Below, piece after piece: positions 1 to 14,023 of a stretch of DNA of 64,000 bases; positions within the stretch are counted from its first letter, which is position 1; every line of letters starts with the position of its first letter. The notes under the pieces were generated by a model that had not been told where the DNA came from, ran no database searches, and worked only from the letters and a program-made list of their open reading frames with translations. The DNA is from Octopus vulgaris (Eukaryota), in the NCBI GenBank assembly GCA_951406725.2, contig OX597832.1:6696001-6760000 (forward strand). The letters are read 5' to 3'. The translations under genes were made by a program, and so were the position numbers.

Positions 1-240
1 GAAAACTGGTGCTATAGAATTTGTAGATGTGGAAGAGGTGGAGGAAAATAAAACAACAGAGGTTTTAAAAGGCATCACTTTTCCAAGAGTTCCAGCACTG
101 CTTTGAACAGTAGAAAATGTCTGGACAATGCATTGCTTCAAATGGAGAATACTTTGAAGGTGATAAAAGTGTAAACATGTAAAACCAATTGAATAAAATA
201 ATACTGCAAAATTCTGGTTTCTTTTGGGTACACCCTCATA
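1..240 (+). mobile_element. Mariner transposon 3' remnant (degraded)
   Basis: Degraded frame resembling the mariner C-terminus (..DVEEV..KTTEVLKGIT..EFQHCFEQ...CIASNGEYFEGDK), ending in a TIR-like ...ttttgggtacaccctcata. Confidence 0.65.
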
Positions 241-1499
241 CACACTACATTACATACATTCATGACATATACATTATATGCATCCAACACCACTGTGACC
301 AACATAGATGCTGCATACATTCAATGCACCACAATCATTAGACAATGCAATAAATACATTCCATTAGTTGAGAGGGGATTGTATCTGATAGAAGAAAAAG
401 TGATGAAATAATTGGACCATTGCTACTGGATTAACAAGGTTAAAAATTGGAAACAAATGAATGCACAAAGAGAAATATATAAAAGAAAAGAGTAGTTGAA
501 TTTTCCATTATTAATTAATATTTAATATCTTTTAATATCTCTACTGCTTAGTATCCATAGATATTGTAACATTATTTATATAAACCTGTGTGTTAGCTGT
601 AGACACTACAAACACACATTTGCATGCAATAGTTAGTAGTTTATACAACTATCACTTACATTGTACTGTGTCTCTGGTTCAAGTCCTCAGTTTCAGATAG
701 GTACTATGAGTATGTTATTGAAGACTGCATCTTAAGTTTTACTTGTTCTACATTCCAAAACACTTGCAAATGAGAAATATCAGCCATAAAGAAAGGTATG
801 AGCTGTGAGTTTAATGAAATGACCCACGTGGGTATTGAAATGGTTTGCTATTGCTCTTTAACATAGGTACATTAACTTGCTATACTGAATTAAAATATCC
901 TCCTTGGTTATTCAAGTAGATTGATATTATTATTAGTACAATAGATGAGTGCCAAAGAGGTGAGTCCTCAACCAGTTGTGGATGTTGGAATTCATCTCAC
1001 TTGGTTACTGTGCTCATGGGAGCACCCATTTACTTTCAAACAGAACTGCAATTTTTGTGCCTACTTTGGAAAATTCAAGTCAAGTTTATTCTTCTTCTAG
1101 AAATGTTACATTACTTATACAATGCATCTTAGCCATTTAACTGACTAAGGTCACCCTACTATGATGCAACTGCTTTTTACTTGTTCATGCTAACTTTTCA
1201 TGTGTTTATTGATACCTCAATAGGAAAATTGAACAATTTTATCAATAAGATGTTGAAATTCTGATGATTTTTTATTGATAATTGAGGAGAGAGGGTGCAT
1301 TTCCAGTGTGTCTGTTTTCCTACTTTTCATATGTGCTTTTGTGCCACGTTTTATTATGTACATGTATACATACACATGCAGTCTTCTAACAATAAAACTA
1401 GCTAGATAATAAAGTTAAATATTTTATTTATTTCTGCAGATGTTATTTTCCTATTAGCTAGGTCTGGATGAAGGGGGTCAATGCATAAGGTCATCACAG

Positions 1500-1930
1500 G
1501 TTCTCCATGATAAAACTTATGCTGTTAATGTTCCAGTGAAACTATTGCAGGTTGATGGCTGTGAAAGAGACTTGCATGATGAGAGAATTACATGTGTGGT
1601 TGAGGTTTTGTGGTGGAAAAGCTGGGTAGGATGGATGTAACATGGGTGACAAGAGGTGAAAAGCCTAGTGAATCAAAAGTGCTTGGCTCAAGCTCGGCCA
1701 GCTCCAAGAAGCAGAAACCATTCTGTTGATTCATAGGGTGGCTTTTCTCTGGATTTCATCTGAGTTATCACTTGTGTGCAGCAGAAAACTCATCCCAGAT
1801 GCATGAATAGTTCTCCATTGTGGGTCTCACCTGAGCCTTGTAAATGACTTGTAGTTGTTGAGAGCTGAAGTATTTGTGGCTGCAAAGAGAAGGGGGTCAG
1901 TCTTTGAGATGTAGTCTAAGTCATGTTAAC
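1500..1930 (-). mobile_element. Degraded CR1/Jockey-group LINE 3' fragment
   Basis: Minus strand reads YKAQVRPTMENYSCIWD, a post-RT motif of this LINE group. Boundaries approximate. Confidence 0.5.
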
Positions 1931-2469
1931 TATGTATAGTAGACAGATAATCAGTTGGTTGATCTTTCCAAATCACTGATATCCAACAAAAGCATTTGCT
2001 TCAGAGTTGAGTATAATTTTCATCTTTTGGGGGAAATGTTGTGGAGTAGTTCCCTGTCGTTTTGCTTAGGTTCAGTGATACAAGTTAACAAAACACTAGT
2101 CAATTGTTGGTATTTTCTTTCCTTGTAAGCAAGGATGTAGTACTGCAGCTGTAATAGAATACAAATTGTCAACTATTCAGACAGCAGGTGAGCTGTGATC
2201 ATATATTACATGTGTAAATGTATATTACTATAGTTTTCATTGTATTTAAGTTAATTATAGTTCTGCATAACACGTGATCTACGAGTGAGAATTATATAAT
2301 GTTTAAAAGATATGTTACTTAGTGTAAATCAAAAGTAGTATTCACTAGAGTCTGTGTTTGACTAATTAAAATAAGCTTAGTTTTAGTCACTAACCCTGCC
2401 AAATACTTGGCTTCCTATTAACAGCAAGAATATATAAGCATTACTAAACAATATGTATATGAGTTTATA

Positions 2470-2472
2470 TAT

Positions 2473-2528
<56 letters not shown>
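2470..2528. repeat. (TA)n microsatellite (representative; similar tracts near 11195, 11830, 21555, 24006, 25490, 26243, 33236, 51020)
   Basis: Directly visible. Confidence 0.95.
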
Positions 2529-2530
<2 letters not shown>

Positions 2531-2715
2531 ATCACTGTTGATATTATCAGTTCTGAGAATGAATTAAGTTGCTTTGTATTTCCCTTATTTACATTGCTCT
2601 CCTGTCTGACAGTTTTGCTTCATACTTGTATATTTTTGCTTTTAACACATATTTTTCCTTACATTGGTCAATGCTGTTTGCTGATTTAGATTTTGGAATT
2701 TGGTTTTGTGTATAA

Positions 2716-2985
<270 letters not shown>

Positions 2986-3599
2986 TAACCAATGCAACTT
3001 GTTTAAACTTATAGCAAACAAATGTCTAAAATAAATTAATCTTTTGGTCAAGTTTGTTGACTGGCATTGCTGCAAATGATAGGTAGCTGGCTTAATACTC
3101 TGCATTACTTACATTGTTGTCACATTTCTTTAAATTCAACTCATGTGTTATTAAAAATTCCAGTGTCAATGTAATATATAACTGATGGACTAGTGTCGAT
3201 TCTTCCTTTACAAAAATTAATCTTGTTTATATAACACAAACATCATTGATAAACTAATTAAGAAATCGTTGTCAGCATCATCTTTTTGGTTGTCAAATAG
3301 AGTATTATCTAGGAAAAGGAATTGTATAGTTTGCAAAACTATAAACAGTTTTAATGACATCTCTTTGGCGCACTTTCTCCATGGTCACTCATCCTGCTAC
3401 AGCTAGCAGCTAAATCTTCAAATAATATCCTATTGTCTTAAAAGTGAGTATGGTAATCTTAAATGTGTTAGAAAGAGACAGGATGGTCATTGCTTAAATA
3501 CCAGTTGTACAATGTAGTGTTTCCACATGTGCTACTTTGCTATCACCAGAAGCAGTAAACATACAGAAATAGGCTTAACAATGGAGAAAATGCAACATT

Positions 3600-4524
3600 A
3601 CTAAAGCATTCAGCTGTGTCTAGCATACAAATCACCTTGCAAAACTGACTGCCTAATGACTCCTATCACCTTGGTCAGTGGTTTTGTTTGATCATAGCAT
3701 GTGGTGATGTAGCTGTCTCTGACCCTTGTACTACCAATTTTGGTGTAGCCCAAGATTAGGTTTTGCCCTCACATTCTATCTACTTGAATACCAACAATCT
3801 ATTTGCGCTCACCACCAACAATGTCCACTCCAAAGCAATTAATATCTACTCTCTGTTCTTCCATAACCTTCTACATCTAAATGTCATTCATGTGCAATCC
3901 AGACAACTCATGCCAGACCTGCACTAACAGAGCCCTTGAAAACATTCTTTAATGCAAATCGTGTCTCCTTCAATACTACAAAAATATTGTCATTACACAA
4001 ATCAAGAAATATTACCCAACCCTAACTATAAACAGCATAAACTAGGAACCTCAAATTTACAACAAATACTTGACCTCACCATCACTAAGGATTTTGCCTG
4101 GTGAATACACACCCTCAACACAGCCAAAACTACAGCACAACGATGAGTCTTCATCTTTCAGAGCTAAAAAACACTTTTTGACCTAACAAAGCTCAGGCAA
4201 GACCTATCAAAACATACAACACTTACATCTTGGACAGTACTGCTGTTACACACAGAGACATCTAGAGCTAAATTCAAAGAAATTTCACTTGACTAATTGG
4301 TGTGAAGTTACTTGCAAACACACCAACCTGTGACCACAGACTGGCTATTTCCCTTTTTTGTTTTTCTACCACTACTACAGCAGTAGTCTCTCATCTGAGC
4401 TGGCTGGTTTTGTACCACCTCTACTTAAGTACTCCTGTTTCATTGTTTTCTCCTTTCATTACCCATATTGTGACCATTCCCTCTTCTGCACTAAGTTTTA
4501 TGGCTGGTTCCTTTTGTTCCAAAG
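3600..4524 (+). mobile_element. Degraded CR1/Jockey-group LINE, interrupted by the hAT element and resuming at about 7095-7180
   Basis: Relic motifs (KAQARP, DHR.AISLF.FYHYY...SELAGFVPP). After the hAT it continues NSLP..VF....FKKNIN. Confidence 0.55.
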
Positions 4525-7086
4525 CAGGGGTTCCCAACCTTTTTTCGCTATGGACCACCAAAATAAGTAATTTTTTCCTGTAGACCACCTCAAATTTTAA
4601 ATTTATTATTAAAGAACTGCTACTCATGAATATTAGTATCACTTTGCAATGAAAATTCCTTTTCCGTTCTTGTAAGGGACTTTACAGAGAACAAACAACT
4701 GAGAAGACCAATTACAAAACCTATTTGCAAATGCACATGGTTCTCAAGAAAGCTTTATTTGATAGAATCGAATAGAAAAGGTTACTGAATTGTGGAAAAC
4801 ACCTCCTTTTATTTAGAAAAAAAGCTGTACAGTTAAAATATAACAATGTGAAGGGTAAATTCAAAAAATGCAAAGCGTAAAGTTGAGATCAGTACAAAAG
4901 GTCATGTAAATGTTTGAGGGAATATAACAAATTGAATTAACTTAAAAATGTCAGCGACAAGTCATCAGAAAAAACGTCAAGAGACCTTCAGTGAGACCCT
5001 TGGGCTTGCTTTTTATCCACAAGCTGAGAAATCCTTGGCTCTTTTTGGCTCAATCAAATTCTCAAATCAGCATTGTTATCAAGGTTCAAATACCTCCGCT
5101 GCTTCATAAACAAGTGAAGGACAAGGGAAAATCCCTTTTCAGCCAAGTAGGATGTTGGAAGATTTATAATAAAAGGCTCGACTTATTCAAACAACTTTAA
5201 ATATTCGTGAGAATGATTCAACCAAGCCTCAACCCAGTGGTTTACAGATGATTTGTGCAGATTATCATCTACCGTCACCTCACATAACTCCATCTGAACA
5301 CATTCTGGTTGAACAAGTATATTGTTCATAGACATTGTGTGAAGAGAGTCCACAAAAATTACGATATTTAAAGTCAAAAGATCTTCAAAACGAATATTGA
5401 AGTTTGCGTGAAGGAAAGATAGATGCCTGATTATATATTTGTGCAAGTTGTTATCTACCACAACAGTTTTTAAGTTCACAAACTGCAGAGGGTTATGATC
5501 TTCAATTTGAAGTTTCCAAAGAACGAATTTATTCACAAGTGCCCTTATCAAGTGTCTGGCTCATACAATGTTGATGTTTTGCTTTTGTAAAGAAATATTG
5601 TAATCACTAAGTTTTTGAAAGATTTCATGTAAGTAAAAAATTGCTGTCATAGTTGAATCAGTCTGTTGAAAAAACTCTATGACTTTATCGAAAAGTGCCA
5701 CAAAACATCTGAGACAACTTCCCATTGATAGCCAGCATATATCTGTCAAATACAACAGACGGTTAAACATTTCATCTTTACAAGCTTCTTGAAAATGCCT
5801 GTCTTGATGAGCAGATCTTTTGATTTTTTTTACTGTGGAAGCAGTTAAGTCTAGGGTTTCAGAAAATATATTATTTCTGGTTCTTTTTGCTATTAGGTTT
5901 TCTCAGTGGAGAACGCAATGAATTGTGAAGACGGGATTAATTTCTATCCATCTGGCAACAAAACCCTGGGATTTGCCAATCATAGACAGTGCTCCATCAG
6001 TGCATATTGATATGAGGTTGAGGGGATCAATGCCATTTTTAGTAAGATAATCCATGACTGCATTGTAGACCGTCTCTCCTGTGTTTTTCAGGACGGTTTT
6101 CACAAACTGTGGTACCTTTCACATAGCGAGCAAAGGCAAGGGCAATACATTTGTTGTCAAAAGCATTGTCATCCACCGTCAATGAGAATCTGCAGTGATG
6201 CAAGTCTTCTACAACTATGGATTCGACATCTTCGGCCATTTCACAAATGCGGGAAGATACAGTGCTGTTTGAAAGTGGAATACTTGCTAAAACTGACTAA
6301 AACTGACTAAAACCATACTAACGGTTGTTAGTATGGACAAGGAAATTTTTGAATGATGAAGATGAGACATTTTTTTTTGTGATGGTATTCTTTGAAGTAC
6401 TCCTTTGGCTTGCCAAATAAACCAGGATGGATTTTTTGTAGATGATACAACAATTTTGAGGGTTTCATTGAGTCGTTAGTTAATACTTTTGAGCAGATAA
6501 TACATTGTGGTAGAAAAGGATCTTCTACACTGGATACAAAACCATATTTGATATAATCTTCATGATATTGTCTACGGAGTCTTTTTTCCGAGTTGATGGA
6601 CAGAGAATTAAGAGAACATTTTTCCATATCACTGACAGCAAAATTTCTACAGATTACAATTAAACTAACACTTGTGTAAAAATGTATGTACCTGGAGAGA
6701 TAATACTATATGTTGGGTAAGCTGTAGGAACTGCAGTTTCATTAGTAATCCTCAATTCAAGTCAGGTAGAAAACAGGATTGCGTTGATTGGCCAAGAACA
6801 CACAATTTTTTGTGTTTTTAATGTGCGCAAATGTGGATCCAATTGTACTCATCTGTACCTGTCTGGTATGTGTCTATGTATGATAGGATAGCTAATCGTC
6901 CAATAGGCAATGAGTGCACTTGTATGTGCTCATGCATATGTGATGAGGCATATTTTGTTTGTGCAACATGTACGTGTACGGAAAAATTTTAATTCATCTG
7001 GTGGACCACAGAAAATTTTCCATGGACCATCTGAATTTTCCTGTGGACCACCTAGTGGTCCACGTGGATCAGGTTGGGAACCCCTG
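4525..7086 (-). mobile_element. Full-length hAT (Charlie/Buster-type) DNA transposon, inactive
   Basis: Perfect 16-bp TIRs CAGGGGTTCCCAACCT (4525-4540, 7071-7086). 8-bp TSD ttccaaag/ttctaagg (6/8). Subterminal tggaccac motifs at both ends. Confidence 0.93.
4990..6627 (-). pseudogene. hAT transposase pseudogene (BED finger, DDE core, dimerisation region)
   Basis: Fragments RQYHEDYIKYGF..PQCIICSKVLTNDSMKPSKL..H, SICTDGALSMIG, IHCVLH, PTSYLAEKGFS. Broken by several frameshifts and stops. Confidence 0.9.
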
Positions 7087-7818
7087 TTCTAAGGTGTTAA
7101 CCCTAATTCTCTCCCTCAATATGTTTTCCTGCAGCCATCAATTGACAATTTCAAAAAGAATATTAATCATGTTGATTTCACCAGTCTGAAAGGGCCTGCA
7201 AAAGCCATAGGCACAACTCCATCCTTAAGATCAATCCAGCAATAAAAAAAAAATGTGCAGAATGGTCTTGATCTCAGCAAAGTTATAACTTAACTAAAGA
7301 AAAAAGTGGATCTGTGGGTTATACCTAGTTATTCAGACAGCTACTTGCATGCCTTAAAACCACTTTATCAGATCTGACCTTGGTTAAGCAACTACATCAG
7401 CAATTGTAGTACTAATAATATTTCACTGTTGGCTACCATTTTCTGTATTAAGAAATTTTTACCTATCATTTGTCATATAAAAGTATACACAGTTTGATAA
7501 GAACAATGTAAATGCTTATTTTTTTATGGAAGAGTGATAGCAATTTGATATCCAATCATCATTATATATTACATTTATTATAAATCATGACTGGAGAAGT
7601 TGTACCAATGCTACTTAATTATTGCATCTGAAGTAACATCGCTTCAAGTTTTTGTCTTCTGTGGAAAATAAATGTTAATGACTTGATACAAAAAATTTGT
7701 ACAGATTACAATTAAACAGATTTTTTCCTTTTTTTTCTTTTTAAGTGAAATGAATATTGTCTTGCTGTTTAAATCTTAGTTTTTATTTAGGTTAAACAAA
7801 TTATTGTTAATTTTGTAG

Positions 7819-8019
<201 letters not shown>

Positions 8020-9844
8020 TGAAAATTATTTCATAAACCAAATGGTCACTTGGATTTGTTTGTTTCTTTGTTTAACATCTATTTTTTTCATGCTTGTATG
8101 TGTTGGATAGGAACTTATTTGAAGCAGATTTTTACAACCAGATGTTCCTTTTGACGCCAGTCCTTATCTATTTTTCAAGTAAAGTGATACTTTTATTCTA
8201 CTGGCTATGAGTTTTCAAAACTCATAGCAGATGGTTGTAATATCAACAAGAAATGTAGACATCATATCACCATTTCACTTAGGCGTTGACAAACAAGGGC
8301 ATGGAGTGTTAACATGCACACATACACATACATATACATGTATACGGATATTCATTATAATTTTCTTTTTCAACAAAATATTATGATACAAACATATCTG
8401 TGAGGTTAAAAACTTTGCTTCACATCAACATGAAGGTATGGCTGATAAATCAGTGCTTCAGAGAAAAGTGGCTTGTAGTACTTATTCCATTGTGAGTTGC
8501 TTTCTTTTTATACTGATGTCAGAACAAGCCATTCAGTAAATAGGTATAAATCAATAAAATCAGTACCAGATAAAGTATTGGGGTTGATATAGTCATCTAA
8601 AACTCCAGATGGTGCCTCAGTATAGCTGCAGTCGAAAGACACAGCAGTCAAAGAATTTTATAATAAAATGTCTTTTTTTATGTTTATGCTTAATGACTCA
8701 TTGGATTAATTATCTGATGGGAAACAAAACTGTTAACACTATCCTATCCCACCAATCATTCATTCCCTGAGTATACTCTCATTTTAGCAAACATTTGTTT
8801 TGCAAAGTGGATGCTTGATAAGTAAATACATGACAGTCAGTATTCAGCTAAATAGAATATAAATATACTTGACAGCAGCTAAAAATTATCTCCCCTTCTA
8901 ATTAAAAGCAAATACTAAATCAAAACTTGAAATATACAGTACTTGGCCACAGGTAATCTCTTAGGTTCCCTTATATGGTACATGAAGATTTTGGAAATAA
9001 TATTTATTTAAAATTTAAGGAGAATGGTGTTCTGTGAATACAAATGCATAATTGAAATTCAAAATCCTCTCCAAAAAACTTCTTGAGTTATATAGTTATT
9101 TAAAAATTCAATAGTTTTATTGAAAATTTTCTATAGCTCACATAATTTTTGATCTAAGCAAAGTGGCCTAAAACTGTGTTCTGAATAGTACCCCACCCCA
9201 CCCTTAATAAATTTCCTAGTGTAGAGGAAATGCATTTATATTGTAGATACTACCTCACATAGGCCCGAATTGCTCTCAGAACAGTAAGGTTGCTGGTGAT
9301 GGAAAAGACATCTGCCTGTAAAAACCATACCTAAAAGGAGAAAGAATGAATGGGTTTTTGTGAACTCCACAAGTCACAATGCATGTAGCACATCTAGGAA
9401 AACAGCCACTCTGAATAAAAATATCAACAAAAGGAAAAAGGTCTTCTCTAGTCTTACTACCGATATCCTCTCTCGTGTTCATAGCACAGTTGGATTCACT
9501 GATTCCTTATTATAAAATGGTTGGTGATAGAAATACCATCCATCCATTAAAAGGATGGCTAGTTTCTTCTGAATGCCATATGATAACAGTTAGTGATGAA
9601 GAGTAAGATGCTCTAAGACCTTATCTGCATGGGGCAGGGGCATAAAATAAGTTTTGTTATCTCTGAAATACCTTAGTGATAAGTTTTGTACAATGCATAT
9701 GAAACTGTCAAGACCCACTTTGTCTTTCATCCTTCACAAGTCATAAAATAGGTATTAGTGACACATAATTGTATGGCTTTCAGTTGGTTAGAATCCTTTT
9801 TGTAATGTAATCAAAAACCATTTGTAACAAACTGAACTATTTTA

Positions 9845-9998
9845 TTGTGTCTGGGGAGAGTCATTCTTTTTTAGTGCCTTATTCATTTAACACACTCACT
9901 GGTCTGATTTCCATTCGTTTACTTATTTTACTAAAATTTTCATTACATCTTTGCAGCCTTTTCAGTAGTTGTTGACCCTGTCCATTATCAGGACTGCA
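9845..9998 (+). repeat. Unclassified interspersed repeat (other copies 48909-49015 +, 52130-52290 -, 57470-57670 +)
   Basis: Shared core ttgtgtctggggagagtcatt...ttaacacac...ctaaaattttc. Confidence 0.8.
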
Positions 9999-10931
9999 TT
10001 TTTTTAGTGCATGTGTGTGCATGCATATACACGTGTGTATGCATATATATATGTATGCATGTGTGCACATTTGTATGTATATATGTACGCTGTATATGTT
10101 TGTGTGACTATGTATGTGCATCTGTTATGTATGGATGTGTCTCCATTTGTGTCCTTGTGTGAAGTGTGCCTGTGCAAAATGTAAAATAAATTATTAATCA
10201 CCTCTGTGTGTATGTGTGTGTGCGTGCAGTGTGTACACAGAGATATACATATGTATGTATATGCTTACATTATTCATATTTTACAAATGATCATGATATC
10301 TGTTACTATAAAAATCTCCAGGACCTTCTTAAGGATGTTGGTTAAAACAAGATGCTTCTCTTTGCAACTTTGTTACCAAGTAGGTGGCTGGTAAAAATTT
10401 AATCTTATTTAAAAAAAGAAAGAGAACACACATTCACAGAGTACCAGACCAATTATTCAGCAAACCTGGGACCAACAGTATCCCGTTTTCTATAGACAGT
10501 CTAAATATATATATTTAGAATATAAAATAGACTATGAAAAGTAAAAAATTGTATTTAACAGATTAATTTAGTACACTCCCAAAGCAAGTTCTGTTTGGTA
10601 CTTATTAACCCATTTAAAATACTTTACATACTGTAACATGTATACAGCATAATTTTTATAAGATGAAAATTAAAGAACATAATTTTATTTAACAGATAAA
10701 AATTACTGAAAATTAGTTCACAACATCGAGTTACGTCCCTTGTTTCATGTCCGTTCCCAATTTTGTTGACGTTAACTCTGAACCTGGGAGCCATCCTTAA
10801 GCTCGTTATCCTCGTGATTTGAGAGGCTTCTCTTCTCTCCCCCTCTCTCATATTTCTCCGTCCGTGTAACTTAATGTTTAAAGAAATTATTTTGCCTATG
10901 TGATAAACCCTAATCACGTTTTTTCTTGTAG

Positions 10932-11143
10932 GTATGACCAATGCTGAAGTCCTGCATCAAGTAGAACATGGTTACCGCATGCCATGTCCACCTTGCTGTC
11001 CTAAAGCCCTCTACGATATTATGTTGGAATGTTGGCGTAAAGAGGAAATGGAACGTCCGACATTTGAGACCTTGCAATGGAAGCTTGAAGAATTCTTTAC
11101 CATGGAGGGTACTGATTATAAAGAAGCCGCAGTGGTGCGATAA
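10932..11143 (+). CDS. Src42A: Src42A-like kinase terminal coding exon with C-terminal regulatory tyrosine
   Basis: cttgtag|GT ATG. Encodes [69 protein letters not shown], stop TAA. Confidence 0.96.
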
Positions 11144-11219
11144 AAATAAACAATACTGGCGAACCTGTCTGAATTTATAAAACTGTTTAACATATATATA
11201 TTATATATATATTATATGT

Positions 11220-11277
<58 letters not shown>

Positions 11278-11829
11278 CATACATATATATGAAAAGAAAC
11301 ATAATTGCTAAGGACTTTTTTTTTAATGTGTCATCTAAAAATCGATCCCCTAATCCCCTCATGAACAGTATTTTTTTGGTGGCTGAAGTGAATGTAATTA
11401 AACAGCTGACTCCATGCATTGCTATGACCTAGAACAGAGTATGGCGAGACATTCTGCCTCTCCTTTATCTTTCACCGAAGATGAAGAATGTTATTGAGAC
11501 ATCACTACGAAGAGATGCGGTGGGTAGAGCAGCTGCGAGTTGCGTCCCTTGTCTTAGGTCTACCCTGTTAGTTCGTTGTCTGCCAGCTTTGTTGTACCAC
11601 ATCACTGTCGAACTGATTGTTTCTCAGAGATGAAGGATATTATACGTGAGCTAGTTATTCCCATTGTCCTCTCTGTTTTATGTTTCCTTCCATTTAATTA
11701 AAAGAAAAAAAAAAGAAAAAGGAATAACCAAATACTATTGTATCTGACACATTTGAATGCATCTTGTATTTTTCTCTCTGAATAACTGTGTGCATGCATG
11801 TATGCATGTTGGTGCCAATACCTGTTCGG

Positions 11830-11879
<50 letters not shown>

Positions 11880-14017
11880 CAGACGGATACTTGCACTTTT
11901 CAAAGAATGCTTGAATAAGTGTAATTAAATAATAAAAATAAAAGGAAATGTTTTAAAGTTGTACCCCCACCAATCCTAAATAACAAACCCTGACCAGTTT
12001 CTCATTTTCTGAGTTATATCTCTTTCAACATGAAACATTGTTGTTTTCGTATGTCTCTATAAATTCTTATTGTTTTCATTTTATTTTACAATTTTTTTTT
12101 TCCAATCATTTTTAATTTATCATTTTTATCAGAAGCTGATTTATTGCTGGTAAAATGAGGAAAAAAGTCTTTATTAGAAAACAATGTAGGCCTCCCAATC
12201 AACACAATCTCCATTTCTGTTTTCTGTCATTTGAGATCTATTATCAATTTTAATATATTTACCAAGTGTTTGTTTTAACTGTTCCTTGGCTGCATACCAA
12301 TTCTTCATAGCTTGATTCACATATAAATGGGGGTGGAATAAATGTAAACATGCATCCATCTTATATACCCTAACTACAATACACATTCATACATGACTGT
12401 GTACTACATATTGCTCCAGGGATGTTTGATATACATATTTCTAATGAAGTTAAATGGCTGGTGCCCATGGAGCTTGATTGATGATGATATCTTCTCATTG
12501 GATTAAATTTGCTATGAAAGGTGAGTCTGTGTTGATAAAGATAAAAGTGCAGTTGTTTTGTTTAAAGCATTGGAAAAACAGATTTGAGGCATCTAAAAGA
12601 CCAAAAATTACTTCTGCATTGTTCTCACATGCACTTGCTTTCTCTCTCCCTCTCTCACATACACACATTTTCCCTCTCTTTTTCTATCACTCTCTCTCTC
12701 TCCTATTGTGTCTTTAGTTGTTTGCTTACATCAGAAAATAGCAGTGAATTAAGAGCAGTATGCTTTTGATGTTTCAAATAAGTATATTGTGTATGCAGCA
12801 CTCATTTCGAAGCTGGTTGTTAATTGATTGGGTGACGGTTGTCACATGTGACCTTAGCTCTAGTTATTAATTTTTAATTTTATTTTTAATGTCTATGTAT
12901 CTAGTTGTGTTTTGCTCTAAAATTAATTTTATTGGTCTTCATCGACTATAAATTGTTTTAAATGAGAACTATTTGACATGGGTTGAGAAATCATTAAATA
13001 AGTTCCTATACTTCTAACCCTTCTAAAAATTGAATGGTGAATAATTGCAAAAGAGTCAAAATGATTTCAAATCTTATGTTCTTCAAAATTTTTATAGTAA
13101 CATTTGATTTGATATTTTATGACTGATTTTATTAATTGCTAAATTGCAGTTGTTATGAATTGTATGAAAGAGACTTTACTGATGGCAGAAATAATATGAA
13201 TATGAGGAATGTAATGTCAGGTACATCATGTTACATATATATTTCTGGGCAGCAACTTGTGCATGTTTCACCAATATATATTCATAATATTGACAAACAG
13301 TTATGTGAACAAACAACCCTGCTTGTAAGATAGTTATATATAAGTTATAAGGCAAATTACTTCTGGTAACACCATGCACACACAAAGTTATTGTAAAAAG
13401 TTTAAAAAAAAAAAAAGCAAAGGTGGCTTTATAAATACTGTTTATCTCATAATTTAAAAAAAAAAAACGCTTTTAAATGATTAAAACATATTCCTGGTGA
13501 TCCAGTTTTGCATCTCAAATCAGAAATTACATTGAAAGAGTAATAAGAAAATAAACAATGAAAAGCTATTGTATATTTGATTTTTATCAGCGGTGTGCGA
13601 GTGTGTTTGCATACATATTGCATCCATATTCAATTTAATGACATTCTTTTCTCTTTTTTTAAATTTTATATATGTATATATATATATGTGTATGTATACA
13701 TATATATATATATATAGATATATATATATATATATATTCTGCTGCCAATCAAATTGCAGTTTCTGCAGTAAAGATAAAATATATAAAAGAAAATGTATCA
13801 TTATTTTTTTGAGATTGCTGCACTGAGAACTTTATCAAAGGTCAACACTGAAATATTTCAATAGGGTATATAGAAAAGGAAATTGCTGTTATATTCCACA
13901 ATATTTGTATACATTCATTTCAGTTCATATAGATAAACATTTTTAATGTTTCTTTTATATGTTTATTATATATTTTTTTTATTTGAGAGCCTTACCATCC
14001 TTACAGACTCAATATTG

Positions 14018-14023
14018 AATAAA
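14018..14023 (+). terminator. Candidate distal polyadenylation signal of the kinase gene
   Basis: AATAAA followed by a U/GU-rich tract near the end of a TE-free stretch. Other AATAAA occur at 11145, 11931 and 13550, so the site used is uncertain. Confidence 0.35.

Noticed and set aside
9950-9998. Minus-strand ctgataa...gaaa hammerhead-like motif
   Set aside because: Core mismatched, no stem III, and not preserved in the 52130 copy.
11450-11640. SECIS element or miRNA precursor
   Set aside because: The kinase ends in TAA with no in-frame TGA in the visible exons, and the fold is branched rather than a single long hairpin.
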